A stretch of 64,000 nucleotides of DNA from the IMG/VR virus record IMGVR_UViG_3300036766_002289, positions 310,001 through 374,000 of that record. The stretch is one strand, 5' to 3'. The notes beneath the pieces are model-generated. The model ran no database searches, was not told the origin of the DNA, and saw only the letters and a list, made by a program, of their open reading frames with translations. The position numbers and the translations under genes are program-made. This document shows positions 14,751 through 24,442 of the stretch, in pieces. How positions within the stretch are numbered: the first letter of the stretch is position 1; every line of letters starts with the position of its first letter.

Positions 14751-16061
14751 ATGACAGATATTATAAATCTTGAAGATTGGTTAGAAGCTTATGCAACTGG
14801 TACGGACACGATAGATACTCCAGCAGGCAATCCTGCTGCTGATCCATACAATCCAGCGGGTGGTGGTTCCATTGATCCTGCTGCATCACCGAAAGGTGAT
14901 CCAAACATTTCTAACATGCCTCCAGAAGAAATGGACAGTCATCCAGACGATAATGATCCATCTTCTGACCCACAAAATCCAGACATGCCTGAAGATAAAG
15001 AGCATTTGGATTATGAACAGTGGAAGAAACAATTTTTGATTTCCGCCATTAAAGGTGACGTTCAAGAGATGAAGGAGTTGCTTAATGATGTAACTAATCG
15101 TGATTTAGATTCTTATCAAAGGAAGTTTGTTGATGACAACCTGAACATTGTGCAGCTTCGTGAATACACTAATATTGAGAAGGCTTCTAAAGAAATCAAA
15201 AAGATGATTAAGGATAATTTGGACCACAATAATCCTGGTACTTCTTTGGCTGAGTATATTACTCAGGTTTTGGACACAATTCCTTTGTTGAATCCTGTAT
15301 TTATAAAGTTGAGTGGTATGCATGGTCAGAAAGCAGATTTGCATCGTAAGTATATTGCTTCTTTAACTGGTTCCATTCAAGTGGGCAGTGGAGGCAATGC
15401 AGAGGATTTGATTTATAATGATAAGGATTATTCCATTCGTATTTCAACTAGAATGAATGCTAGATTTGGGGATTGTCTTATTGGTAGTTGGAATTTGAGA
15501 GCGGATGATCCAGAGAGGTATTTAAAACCGCCTGAAATTCAGCGATTACATGAAGGAAGTCCAGAAGAAAAAGATGCTTTGAAGAAACGAGTGATTATAG
15601 ACTCCATTTCTGAGACTTGGAAGACAAGGGCATTCATCATCAATGTTGTTGGTACTGATGGGACCATTTACACTATTGGTTGGGACATTGCAACATCTTT
15701 GAAGGCTGCATTTACAGAAGGTAAGATATTAGTCAAGACTAAGAACAATGATGGTTCAGAGGCTATGATTGACAAGGATGGGGCAATTATAACTTTTGAC
15801 GACATGAAAATTGTTTATGTTAAAGAGACAGGTGAGACTGATGAGGATGGTAAGCCTGTCAAGAGGGAAATGGAGTTCATCAATAAAAGACAGGGGCAAT
15901 TATTTTTGACAGCACAATTGGGGACTTTAAAGGGTGCGGCATCAAGTTTTCCTGGCATAAAGATAAAGGAAACACCTTGGCAAGGCAACCCAAGTGATTT
16001 GAGAGTCTTGCAAAGGTGTGTCCCATCTGCGTTGGAAATTTTGATGAGAACTTGTGGTTAA
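14751..16061 (+). CDS. Hypothetical protein with acidic Pro-rich N-terminus
   Basis: 436-aa ORF, TAAATA upstream. Confidence 0.8.
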   Translation: MTDIINLEDWLEAYATGTDTIDTPAGNPAADPYNPAGGGSIDPAASPKGDPNISNMPPEEMDSHPDDNDPSSDPQNPDMPEDKEHLDYEQWKKQFLISAIKGDVQEMKELLNDVTNRDLDSYQRKFVDDNLNIVQLREYTNIEKASKEIKKMIKDNLDHNNPGTSLAEYITQVLDTIPLLNPVFIKLSGMHGQKADLHRKYIASLTGSIQVGSGGNAEDLIYNDKDYSIRISTRMNARFGDCLIGSWNLRADDPERYLKPPEIQRLHEGSPEEKDALKKRVIIDSISETWKTRAFIINVVGTDGTIYTIGWDIATSLKAAFTEGKILVKTKNNDGSEAMIDKDGAIITFDDMKIVYVKETGETDEDGKPVKREMEFINKRQGQLFLTAQLGTLKGAASSFPGIKIKETPWQGNPSDLRVLQRCVPSALEILMRTCG

Positions 16062-16654
16062 CACTTAATCCCAAGATATCCATATTCAATCTTAACTGGT
16101 CCCAATAGACTATTAGGAACTTCCATAGGAACAAAAGAAGGCAATTTTTCTATATCTGCATATTTAAGAACTGTCATAATGCCACGATGGAGTTCGCCTT
16201 TTTCTTCGGCAGGGCGAGTATAAATTTTGTATAATTCGCCCTTCTTGGCAACGATGTTATCCTTTATAATCTTACTGAGCATGTCTTTAAGGTCTTCTGT
16301 ATGATACAGACCAAATTGAGCCTTTGTTATGAATTTGGCTTCTTCATAAAGCATAAGTTGAGCAATAAGTTTATTGGCGAATGCCCAACCTGAACTTATT
16401 CTGCCATTTGCCCTGGCTAATTCAATCCAAGTAGAATTAGCAGGGATTCTTTTTTTCCTGGCTTTAACATCTAATTTCCTGCCATTTAAATAACCATCTA
16501 TCCCAGCGCAGTCTTCTTTGAGACTTGCATTAACATACTTTTGTTTGTGAATCTTGCATACTTCCTCGAATAAGTTTTCCGCAAGTCGTCCTTCGAGACT
16601 AGAACCACGTCTATCATACTTATGAGCTTCCATAATTCTCCTTTTAAGCTGCAT
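16058..16654 (-). CDS. PD-(D/E)XK endonuclease
   Basis: G..AE..F, GIDG...LDVKARK. Confidence 0.6.
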   Translation of the reverse strand: MQLKRRIMEAHKYDRRGSSLEGRLAENLFEEVCKIHKQKYVNASLKEDCAGIDGYLNGRKLDVKARKKRIPANSTWIELARANGRISSGWAFANKLIAQLMLYEEAKFITKAQFGLYHTEDLKDMLSKIIKDNIVAKKGELYKIYTRPAEEKGELHRGIMTVLKYADIEKLPSFVPMEVPNSLLGPVKIEYGYLGIKC

Positions 16655-17219
16655 TCTTAGTTAATGTATAGCCAAATTTAGCTATGTGTTCGTAGAAAGA
16701 TTTTTTCCTCCACCCACTAGGCTTAAGTGTGCCGTTATGCACGCATCGCAATAATTCAGCACTCTCTAATATGAACAGGTTCCATTTTCCATATGCTGTG
16801 ATATCAACAATTACAAAATAAGGATAAGAATCAATTGAATAAATTAGATCATCTATATCGCATGTTCTGCCTTTGCCCATAAACTCTGACAACTGAAATT
16901 TTACACCGCATTTAGTAAGACACCTTACACTAAGGGGATATTCAAGCACCGCTGCGCTAATTTTGATTATAGCTAAAGCATCCCTTGATGGGTCAGACTT
17001 ATCATATATCAGTGATGCTTTATTTCCACCAAAAGTAACAGGTGAGGTTATATACTCAACCGCTCTTTCTGCAATTACGGAGGCGTGTCTTCCATCGGAA
17101 AAACTTTCGGCTAAGTGTGTAGCAGGCATAGATTTTCCATTCATGCTAATTGAGATGCCCATGTCTATAGCATGACATATTTTTTCACAACTATTTAAAA
17201 TAGGAGCATTTGACCACAT
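16644..17219 (-). CDS. Hypothetical protein, possibly restriction-endonuclease-like
   Basis: Between methyltransferase and nuclease; no clear motif. Confidence 0.5.
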   Translation of the reverse strand: MWSNAPILNSCEKICHAIDMGISISMNGKSMPATHLAESFSDGRHASVIAERAVEYITSPVTFGGNKASLIYDKSDPSRDALAIIKISAAVLEYPLSVRCLTKCGVKFQLSEFMGKGRTCDIDDLIYSIDSYPYFVIVDITAYGKWNLFILESAELLRCVHNGTLKPSGWRKKSFYEHIAKFGYTLTKNAA

Positions 17220-17220
17220 A

Positions 17221-18033
17221 TTAAATCTCTTTTAATCTTTCTAAAGTCATTTGACAATAAGTTTCGTCTAATTCAATTCCAATACCATTGACGCTTAGTT
17301 TTTCTGTAGCTAGGAGTGTTGTGCCTGCACCTAGAAAGGGGTCCAACACAACCATGTCATTGCTAACTCCCGCCAACTTAATGCACATTTCTGGCAATTC
17401 CGTTGGAAAGCCAGCAGGATGTTCTTTTTTCTTTTGGACCGTTTTGTAAGGAATGAACCATGTATTCCCTCTACATCTACGGTCGGGTTTGCCCTCCTTT
17501 TCTCCATGATTCCATCGTTCAATATTGCTTTTGTCTTGGTATGGGACACCCACACCGAGTCTGTCCAATGTCACTAGCCCACTTTTAGTAAAATGGAAAA
17601 TAGACTCATGTTGGTCATTAAGATACCTTTTACTATTAATGGGTTTGAAATGACCACTACTATGTTCGTTGATGGTGATTGACTTAACCCAAACGATGTT
17701 GTTTTGTAGTATTAATCCAGTATTCTTTGCTATTTCCATACAGACTTGCATAGCAATATATGGCAATGAAGGTTTATTACCGATATTAAGAAATAGTGAA
17801 CCATTGTCTTTAAGGACTCTTTTTATTTCCGTTCCTATCTCACAAAGCCATGCAAGATAGGCTTCATTGGTCATACGATCTTCATAGGTCTTATATTTGA
17901 TGCCAATGTTATATGGTGGACTAGTAACAACAACGTCCACAGACCTATCTGGCATCAGTTTCATTTCCGCCAAACAATCGTAACAGATTACTTTCTGTTT
18001 ATTAACAATCCATTCTTTTCTAGTGTCATTCAT
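17221..18033 (-). CDS. N4-cytosine/N6-adenine DNA methyltransferase, beta class
   Basis: TSPPY before HPAGFP and DPFLGAGTT. Confidence 0.92.
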   Translation of the reverse strand: MNDTRKEWIVNKQKVICYDCLAEMKLMPDRSVDVVVTSPPYNIGIKYKTYEDRMTNEAYLAWLCEIGTEIKRVLKDNGSLFLNIGNKPSLPYIAMQVCMEIAKNTGLILQNNIVWVKSITINEHSSGHFKPINSKRYLNDQHESIFHFTKSGLVTLDRLGVGVPYQDKSNIERWNHGEKEGKPDRRCRGNTWFIPYKTVQKKKEHPAGFPTELPEMCIKLAGVSNDMVVLDPFLGAGTTLLATEKLSVNGIGIELDETYCQMTLERLKEI

Positions 18034-18088
18034 GGAACAAAAGATACAAGAAATGAAAAAATAAATCAATATCATCCTAAATACTTTG

Positions 18089-18577
18089 ATGGAAAAGTTT
18101 TTTCAATTTATTGACAAAAAAGAAAGAGAAGCCAAACATCAGCTAAAGATTATTGAGAAAATCCTTGGTGGGCATGGCTTTACGGTCAAAGACCATATCA
18201 ATGACGATGACCCATATGTGTTTGTTTACAATCCAGCAAAGAACACATTTTTTGATGGGATTCGCGTCTACAAGGTGGGGGATCAGTTGTCTTTCCGAGT
18301 TCAGAAAGAAGAAAAGACACACCCATTTGGCAGGGCATATCCATTAGCAATTGAGGACATGTTTACGGATTTAGTATCAGACCACAAACCTGAAGAAGCT
18401 GGCAAAAAGATTATTGAAGCGGTTTTAACAGAAGTGAAGAAGTTTTTTGAAAAGAGTTCGGAGGCAGAAAAGGATATCAGGGACAAGCAGTTTGACAAAG
18501 ACCCATTTGGTAAGGTTCAGGTTAGAAGTTCAGATTTTGGAATGGATTATAGTAACCTCACATATCAAAAAGCATGA
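18089..18577 (+). CDS. Hypothetical protein
   Basis: TAAATA upstream; MEKFFQFIDKKE. Confidence 0.75.
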   Translation: MEKFFQFIDKKEREAKHQLKIIEKILGGHGFTVKDHINDDDPYVFVYNPAKNTFFDGIRVYKVGDQLSFRVQKEEKTHPFGRAYPLAIEDMFTDLVSDHKPEEAGKKIIEAVLTEVKKFFEKSSEAEKDIRDKQFDKDPFGKVQVRSSDFGMDYSNLTYQKA

Positions 18578-18623
18578 TTTTTTGAACTTGACTCAAATGA
18601 AGAAGTAGACTATAATATGGTCT

Positions 18624-19562
18624 ATGAATAAATACACAAAAGAATTTGTTGAAAAATTTTACAAACAAAATGGCTGCCAACTCCTAGAAACGTATACTAA
18701 TGCTCGTGATTCTTTAAGATATATGTGTAAATGCGGTAACGTGGCCAGGAACAATTTCTTCAATTTCATGAAATCTCCATATTGCTGGGATTGTGCTGCT
18801 AGGAGTCAGTCTCATCCTCAAGAATATGTTGAGAATTGTTTCCAAGAAAGAGGATGCGAGCTTTTAGACACTTATAAAAACAATGGCACTAGAATGAAAT
18901 TTAAATGTAAGTGCGGGGAAATTTCAACAATAACATTTGCATCATTCCATGACAAGGGTTGTTATTGCGAGAACTGCGGTGGTAAGAAGAAATTAAGCAT
19001 TGAATACATCAAGGACGAGATGAACAAATTCAACTACATTTTAATAAGTGATGAATATATTAATGCTCGGTCAAAACTCAAACTCAAGTGTGCCAAAGGG
19101 CATGATTGTGAAATAAGTTGGAACAATTTTCAAAAAGGGAAAAGATGTAGAACCTGCTTCATAGAAACAAAGTGGCATAAGCCAGAACATCGTCCATTTG
19201 TTCTGATGTGTAGGTCTTTACTAAGAAATTGCTTAAGAAATATTAAGGTAAAGAAAACAGGCAAAACTGAACAGATGCTTGGCTACGATGGTAAACAACT
19301 TTACGAGCATGTTACCAATCATATTAATTGGAATGCAGTTAAAAATGGTGAGTGGCACCTAGACCATATCTTCCCAATCAAGGCTTTTTGTGATTATAAT
19401 TTGCTAGATACTAAATTGATTAATTGCTTGGAAAACATACAGCCATTGACAGGTGAAGATAATCTATTAAAAGACCAACATTCGCCTGTATCGTTAAAAC
19501 TAGCCAAATATTCTAAGGAAAAATTTGAGAATTGGCTTCAATCTAAAAACATTAAATTTTAG
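18624..19562 (+). CDS. HNH homing endonuclease with repeated Cys zinc-binding modules
   Basis: Repeated CKCG..CxxC; WHLDHIFP...NIQPL...DN. Confidence 0.8.
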   Translation: MNKYTKEFVEKFYKQNGCQLLETYTNARDSLRYMCKCGNVARNNFFNFMKSPYCWDCAARSQSHPQEYVENCFQERGCELLDTYKNNGTRMKFKCKCGEISTITFASFHDKGCYCENCGGKKKLSIEYIKDEMNKFNYILISDEYINARSKLKLKCAKGHDCEISWNNFQKGKRCRTCFIETKWHKPEHRPFVLMCRSLLRNCLRNIKVKKTGKTEQMLGYDGKQLYEHVTNHINWNAVKNGEWHLDHIFPIKAFCDYNLLDTKLINCLENIQPLTGEDNLLKDQHSPVSLKLAKYSKEKFENWLQSKNIKF

Positions 19563-19731
19563 GGTTATTCATTCTGCCAAAAGTCATGTTTTTTTGAAGT
19601 CTAATTTCTGGATTTCCAATAAATACTACCCAAATCAAGTCATGTTCTTGTGAATAGTCAATTATAAAATGTGCAAAGCCTTTTCCTCTTGGTGTTTCGA
19701 GTGGAATAGCAGGGTTTAGTTGTAGCATCAT
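19552..19731 (-). CDS. Small hypothetical protein, 59 aa (not in ORF track)
   Basis: MMLQLNPAIPLETPRGKGFAHFIIDYSQEHDLIWVVF...; fills the intergenic gap. Confidence 0.6.
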   Translation of the reverse strand: MMLQLNPAIPLETPRGKGFAHFIIDYSQEHDLIWVVFIGNPEIRLQKNMTFGRMNNPKI

Positions 19732-19743
19732 ATATAGTTATAT

Positions 19744-20244
19744 ATGGCTGATATCCAATTACCTTCGAATATAAGTAGTCTTTGGCGAGCGACGGACTTT
19801 CCACAAAAAGGGACAACAACGGTAGTTCATAAAGGTAGTGTAATTAATTTTTTTTACATTGGGCAAAGAAGGACGCCAATTCACGATCCTTATCCACTGG
19901 TGCTGGTTTCGGATATTTTTACAGATGCGGTGAGGGGAGTTAACTTAAATTTGTTGGATGCACCTTACGTAACGTCATTGATTAAGACTTACTTAGACAC
20001 GCCTTTTTCTTATGCTAATATAAAGGCGGATAATTATATTATAGATGCGTTTAGGACTTATAAGAGGAGTGGGATTAGTAGTTTAAGGATGATGGATAGT
20101 AATTTCTTGAAAGGTTTGGCGCAGGTTGCAAGGTCGTTGGATGTGAATGAAATTGAGCAGATGCGTGGTCAGATTGAGGCATTAATAAGGCAGGCATCGC
20201 AGCAACCAACCGCACAGCCAGGAGAAATGGACTTTAATGCATAA
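19744..20244 (+). CDS. T4 gp2-like DNA end protector
   Basis: FFY...HDPYPLVLV...RGVNLNLL resembles gp2 core. Confidence 0.5.
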   Translation: MADIQLPSNISSLWRATDFPQKGTTTVVHKGSVINFFYIGQRRTPIHDPYPLVLVSDIFTDAVRGVNLNLLDAPYVTSLIKTYLDTPFSYANIKADNYIIDAFRTYKRSGISSLRMMDSNFLKGLAQVARSLDVNEIEQMRGQIEALIRQASQQPTAQPGEMDFNA

Positions 20245-20282
20245 ATAATTTGTCAATTCCATTTCATTTAATAATTTTTAGA

Positions 20283-20290
20283 TATAAATA
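20283..20290 (+). promoter_or_regulatory. T4-type late promoter TATAAATA (example of recurring TA[A/T]ATA boxes)
   Basis: Exact T4 late consensus ahead of the tail cluster. Confidence 0.65.
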
Positions 20291-20297
20291 AGGTAAT

Positions 20298-23200
20298 ATG
20301 TTGGACTCCCTTGGTAGAGACGTAGGCGATATTAAGAACAATGTGCAGGCTATTAAAACTCAAATGTTGCAAGACATTGGGAAATCGGCCAAGGCTAATG
20401 GTTCCGACCCAAATAATAAGGAAGTTTTAAATAAAATTGCCACTCAACTAGAGACTATTGTTGGTTACAAACTAGATGTGCAATTTAAAGCTTTCAATAA
20501 GGCGCTGAATGATCTTGCTGAAGCCTGTGAAGACCTCGATAAAAAAAAGGAAGATTTTAAAAAAGAAGCCAAAGAAATGGCGAAAGCAATTAACAATGAT
20601 CCTACTGCAAGGGCTAACCATGCATTATTGCAAAACATAGCTGCCAACAAAGTAAATATCGGCGGCGGTGGAACAGCAAAACCAATTCCAGGACAACCCC
20701 GCGCTATTTCATCTATAAATAGCGGTGTTAACATAATAAGTAAATTTTTCCAAAATATGGTCGGTTTATTTAAAAAGAATAAAGGTATAGCAAGCGTGGC
20801 AGCAGGGACAACAGGTATGGGTGGTGGAGGTGGACCACCTCCACCAAAACCAGTGGCTGCTGGTGGTGAAGATGATGAGAAGAAGAAGAAAGAAACATGG
20901 AAAGAGTTCTTTAAAAGAACAGGGCAAGATCGTGGCAGTGAAATGACGGGGGTACTAACAGGTGGAAAGCCAATAGAGGCTATTGTAACTGGCTTGGGTA
21001 ATTTATTAAGTAAAGGTTTAAGTAGTATTCCATTTGTAGGTGGGTTTTTAGGGGGGTTATTAGATGGTATATTAAAGCCACTATCTGATGAGTTAGAATA
21101 CATTCGTGACATGTCTCGTGGTATGCTTAACACTTATGGGACTGGCATAGAAAACCTTAAGGGAAAAGTAGACGAATTTAGAGAGGCGTCACTTAAAACA
21201 GTGAGTGTTACAGGTCAAAGTCAATCACTTATATTAAAAGAACAAGCGAAGTATTACAAGAGGGGTATAACCGACCTCAAAACTCAAAATAGTGTTATGC
21301 GTGCTGGTTTACAGACTGCCACATTGATAAATTCTGATGCCGCTGAGACCTCTAGCATGTTTGCAGATTGGAGTCAACATCTTGGGGCATCAGAACATCA
21401 ACTTAACATGATGGGTCGTGGTTTAGTTAATATAGGAAGACAAAGTGGTTTGACAGGTCAAAATTTACTTCAAGTGGCAAAGGATTCTAAAACCTTCATG
21501 GAGAATATGAGATTGGCTGGAACATTCACAGCAAGCGCCGCCAATAACATCATGGGTATTATGGCTCAGGCACAAAAAACTGGTACGACGGCAGGCACTA
21601 GCAGAATTATGGCTGGATTAACTGGTGGTTTAATTGGCCCAGCTGTAGATGAAGGTACAAAAAGTACAATAATGAAGGCAGGTGGCTTAGGTGGTGCCAA
21701 CATGATGGACCTTTTGGCTGGTACTGGAACGGAAGACCCAGAACAAATGAAACGAATCGCTAGTGGAATGGAGAAGTTAATTAGAATCTACAGTGGCGGT
21801 AAAAATCTAAATCAAATGACAATGCAGGAACGTGGCCTTGCGAGTCAGAGGATGGAGATTGGCGAAAGAGGACTTAAACTAAATGAAGCAGTATTAATTG
21901 CGCAAAACTTACGTAAAGGAGCCATGTCTTTTGATGAACAATTGGCAGAGATTGGAGATAAATTAAACAGAAAGATTTATGCACCAGAAGAAGCACGAGT
22001 ATTAAAAGAAAACGTTTTATTTGAAAAAGCGGATAAAACAATAGAAGGTTTTAGGGACAATATGGAGCAAGCAAATCCAGAATTAAAAGACGCTTTAGAC
22101 CAACAGGTGGCAATAGTTAATGCTAGGTCAAAGGAAGCGGGTGGTGCTGGTTTTTCCAGAGATGCTGGAGAAAGTAACGCAACATTATTAGAAAGAATAC
22201 AAAAAGTTAACCAAGAAGCCGTTATAGCAGCAGAAAAGAAAAAAGACCCTTCTTTGAAACTTCTAAGTGATATTTATGAGATTGAGGCAATGATAAGGGA
22301 ATATGTGTATGATGCAGTTTTTAATTTATTGCCGTTGATTGCAACAGCTACTGGTGCGGTTCAAGAATGGGTTAGAAAAGCGTCCACTTTTATTAAAGAG
22401 ACTGTATTCCCATTTTTCACAACTGAGTTATTTCCATTATTTGAGAGAATTGGGGATTGGGTTTTTGGTATTTTCAAATTTCTTGACCCAAGAAGTGCTG
22501 CCGAAATTGTTGCAAACAGTCCTTTAACTAAGAAAATGAAACAAGATGTAGAAGATCAGCGTCTTGCTAATGCTGCCAATGCTGCTGGTGGGTTCGCAAA
22601 CATGTCTCCAGCTGATCTTGCTAAAAAAAAGGCGGCAGTTGAGCAGGCACTTGCGGATAAGCAGGCAGTAAAGCCAGGGCTTGCGCAGGATATTAAAGAT
22701 GCAATGGCGGTTAAGAGAGAAAAAGAATTTTTTGGGGCAGGACTTGTGCCACAAATTGCAGAAATTTTTCTAACCCCTGTTTGGAAAGCAAACGACATAA
22801 AAGAAAAACAAGCAAGAGAAGCATGGACAAAATTAGATGATTCTACAAGAGTGTTGCAGAAAGACCTACAAGGTATTCAAACTCAAGAAACTTTTAATAA
22901 AGCCCTTCAAAATGCACAAACACCAGAACAAAGACAGGATGTTCAGACTAAAATGGACAGGTATTATGAGTTGCAAAGAAAATCTGATGAGAATGTCGGG
23001 CCACGGGGCATTTTAGATAAACTTAAGGCATTCCCAGAAATGCAAAATATCTTAAAAGAAGTAGGTAAAATGGCTTCAAACGCCGATAAGCCTGGTTCTA
23101 TTTATACCCATGATGAATATCTTGAGGAATTGTTGCAAGGTGTGCCATCTTTAGTATCCGCAGCTATGCCAGGTGTAAATGTAGATGAAGAAGTTAAGAA

Positions 23201-23474
23201 AAGACAAATTGCCATTGACAATAGTAATGCAGAAATTGAAGCGAACACTAGTGATACAGCAAGCAACACTCGTCAAACGAATGTCTTACTAGGCACGCTT
23301 TTGAATGTCATAAGTAGGTCAGCTAGAAGGAGGGGCACAGATACACCAATTGCTGGGGAGGATGTTGATGATTCAGTATTTTTTGACCAGTTTATAGATG
23401 TTGATTGGGTCGATACGATAGCCAGAATGGTTGGTAATACATGGGCACAAGGAAACCCAGGTAAGCATAACTAA
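20298..23474 (+). CDS. Tape measure-like protein
   Basis: 1058 aa, Ala/Gly/Gln-rich helical composition, precedes baseplate genes. Confidence 0.7.
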   Translation: MLDSLGRDVGDIKNNVQAIKTQMLQDIGKSAKANGSDPNNKEVLNKIATQLETIVGYKLDVQFKAFNKALNDLAEACEDLDKKKEDFKKEAKEMAKAINNDPTARANHALLQNIAANKVNIGGGGTAKPIPGQPRAISSINSGVNIISKFFQNMVGLFKKNKGIASVAAGTTGMGGGGGPPPPKPVAAGGEDDEKKKKETWKEFFKRTGQDRGSEMTGVLTGGKPIEAIVTGLGNLLSKGLSSIPFVGGFLGGLLDGILKPLSDELEYIRDMSRGMLNTYGTGIENLKGKVDEFREASLKTVSVTGQSQSLILKEQAKYYKRGITDLKTQNSVMRAGLQTATLINSDAAETSSMFADWSQHLGASEHQLNMMGRGLVNIGRQSGLTGQNLLQVAKDSKTFMENMRLAGTFTASAANNIMGIMAQAQKTGTTAGTSRIMAGLTGGLIGPAVDEGTKSTIMKAGGLGGANMMDLLAGTGTEDPEQMKRIASGMEKLIRIYSGGKNLNQMTMQERGLASQRMEIGERGLKLNEAVLIAQNLRKGAMSFDEQLAEIGDKLNRKIYAPEEARVLKENVLFEKADKTIEGFRDNMEQANPELKDALDQQVAIVNARSKEAGGAGFSRDAGESNATLLERIQKVNQEAVIAAEKKKDPSLKLLSDIYEIEAMIREYVYDAVFNLLPLIATATGAVQEWVRKASTFIKETVFPFFTTELFPLFERIGDWVFGIFKFLDPRSAAEIVANSPLTKKMKQDVEDQRLANAANAAGGFANMSPADLAKKKAAVEQALADKQAVKPGLAQDIKDAMAVKREKEFFGAGLVPQIAEIFLTPVWKANDIKEKQAREAWTKLDDSTRVLQKDLQGIQTQETFNKALQNAQTPEQRQDVQTKMDRYYELQRKSDENVGPRGILDKLKAFPEMQNILKEVGKMASNADKPGSIYTHDEYLEELLQGVPSLVSAAMPGVNVDEEVKKRQIAIDNSNAEIEANTSDTASNTRQTNVLLGTLLNVISRSARRRGTDTPIAGEDVDDSVFFDQFIDVDWVDTIARMVGNTWAQGNPGKHN

Positions 23475-23482
23475 GGAGATTA

Positions 23483-24082
23483 ATGCCAAGGGGAACTGAA
23501 AGAAGTGGTCGTTTAGCAGTATTGAGCAAGTGTAAGATCATTACACCTTGCGGTACTATCTGTCTAAGAATTCTACCAGATATTTCTGACAGCAAAGGCG
23601 CAAACTATGCCCAAGAAAATGCCATAGGTAGAAGTAATCCTATGATTACTTTCGCTTATTCTGAGCCAAGAATGATTAATACAGAACTCCGCTTCATGAC
23701 AACTACCACGGATGACATAAATGATAACTGGCGCTCAGTAAGTATAATAAAAAGTTTAGTTTATCCTGGCACAGCGACTGTTGATGGTGGGGCACCTTTT
23801 ACGCCGCCACCTGTAGTAAAGTTTGTTTGCGGTGATTTAATGGATGGTCCTAATGGACTTTGCCTGATACTTAAAAACTATAACTTAAGATGGCCTACTA
23901 ATGTAGCATGGGATGAAGAAACTTATCTGCCATATCAGTTTTCAATAAGTTGCAGTTGGGAAGTTGTATATGCCTGTAAGAACTTGCCATCTAATAATTG
24001 TAGTACATGCGCTCCTGATAGTCAAGTAGATTGCGAACCAATTACTGGTGTTGGCATACCTTATGTTGCTGGAGGGGGGTAA
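23483..24082 (+). CDS. Baseplate/tail-tube initiator-like protein
   Basis: GRSNP...SLVYP...PPPVVKF pattern; position. Confidence 0.6.
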   Translation: MPRGTERSGRLAVLSKCKIITPCGTICLRILPDISDSKGANYAQENAIGRSNPMITFAYSEPRMINTELRFMTTTTDDINDNWRSVSIIKSLVYPGTATVDGGAPFTPPPVVKFVCGDLMDGPNGLCLILKNYNLRWPTNVAWDEETYLPYQFSISCSWEVVYACKNLPSNNCSTCAPDSQVDCEPITGVGIPYVAGGG

Positions 24083-24107
24083 TCCAAAACCGATTACGGG
24101 GTAAAAT

Positions 24108-24434
24108 ATGGCCAATGAAATGAGTTATACGAATTATGGAACTAAAAACTTAGTCACGGCAACTAGTCGTTATGCATATAGGTCCGTAGTACATTACGGT
24201 AGTTTAAATAAGGTCACATTTGCCATTTATAAAACACCTGCAATCGGCCCATCTTCAGATGATAAGTTTTATGAGATAACTAAAGAGGTAGAGTTTAGAC
24301 CAGATTTAGTATCTTTCAGGTTCTATGGATTGCCAGATTTTTGGTGGCGTATTATGGAAGTAAATAAGATGAAGGATATCATGGAGTTCAGAGCGGGCAG
24401 AAATATAAGATTGCCTGGTGGTTCATTGATGTAA
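24108..24434 (+). CDS. gp53-like LysM baseplate wedge protein
   Basis: RPDLVSFRFYGLPDFWWRIMEVN. Confidence 0.8.
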   Translation: MANEMSYTNYGTKNLVTATSRYAYRSVVHYGSLNKVTFAIYKTPAIGPSSDDKFYEITKEVEFRPDLVSFRFYGLPDFWWRIMEVNKMKDIMEFRAGRNIRLPGGSLM

Positions 24435-24442
24435 GGAGGAAT

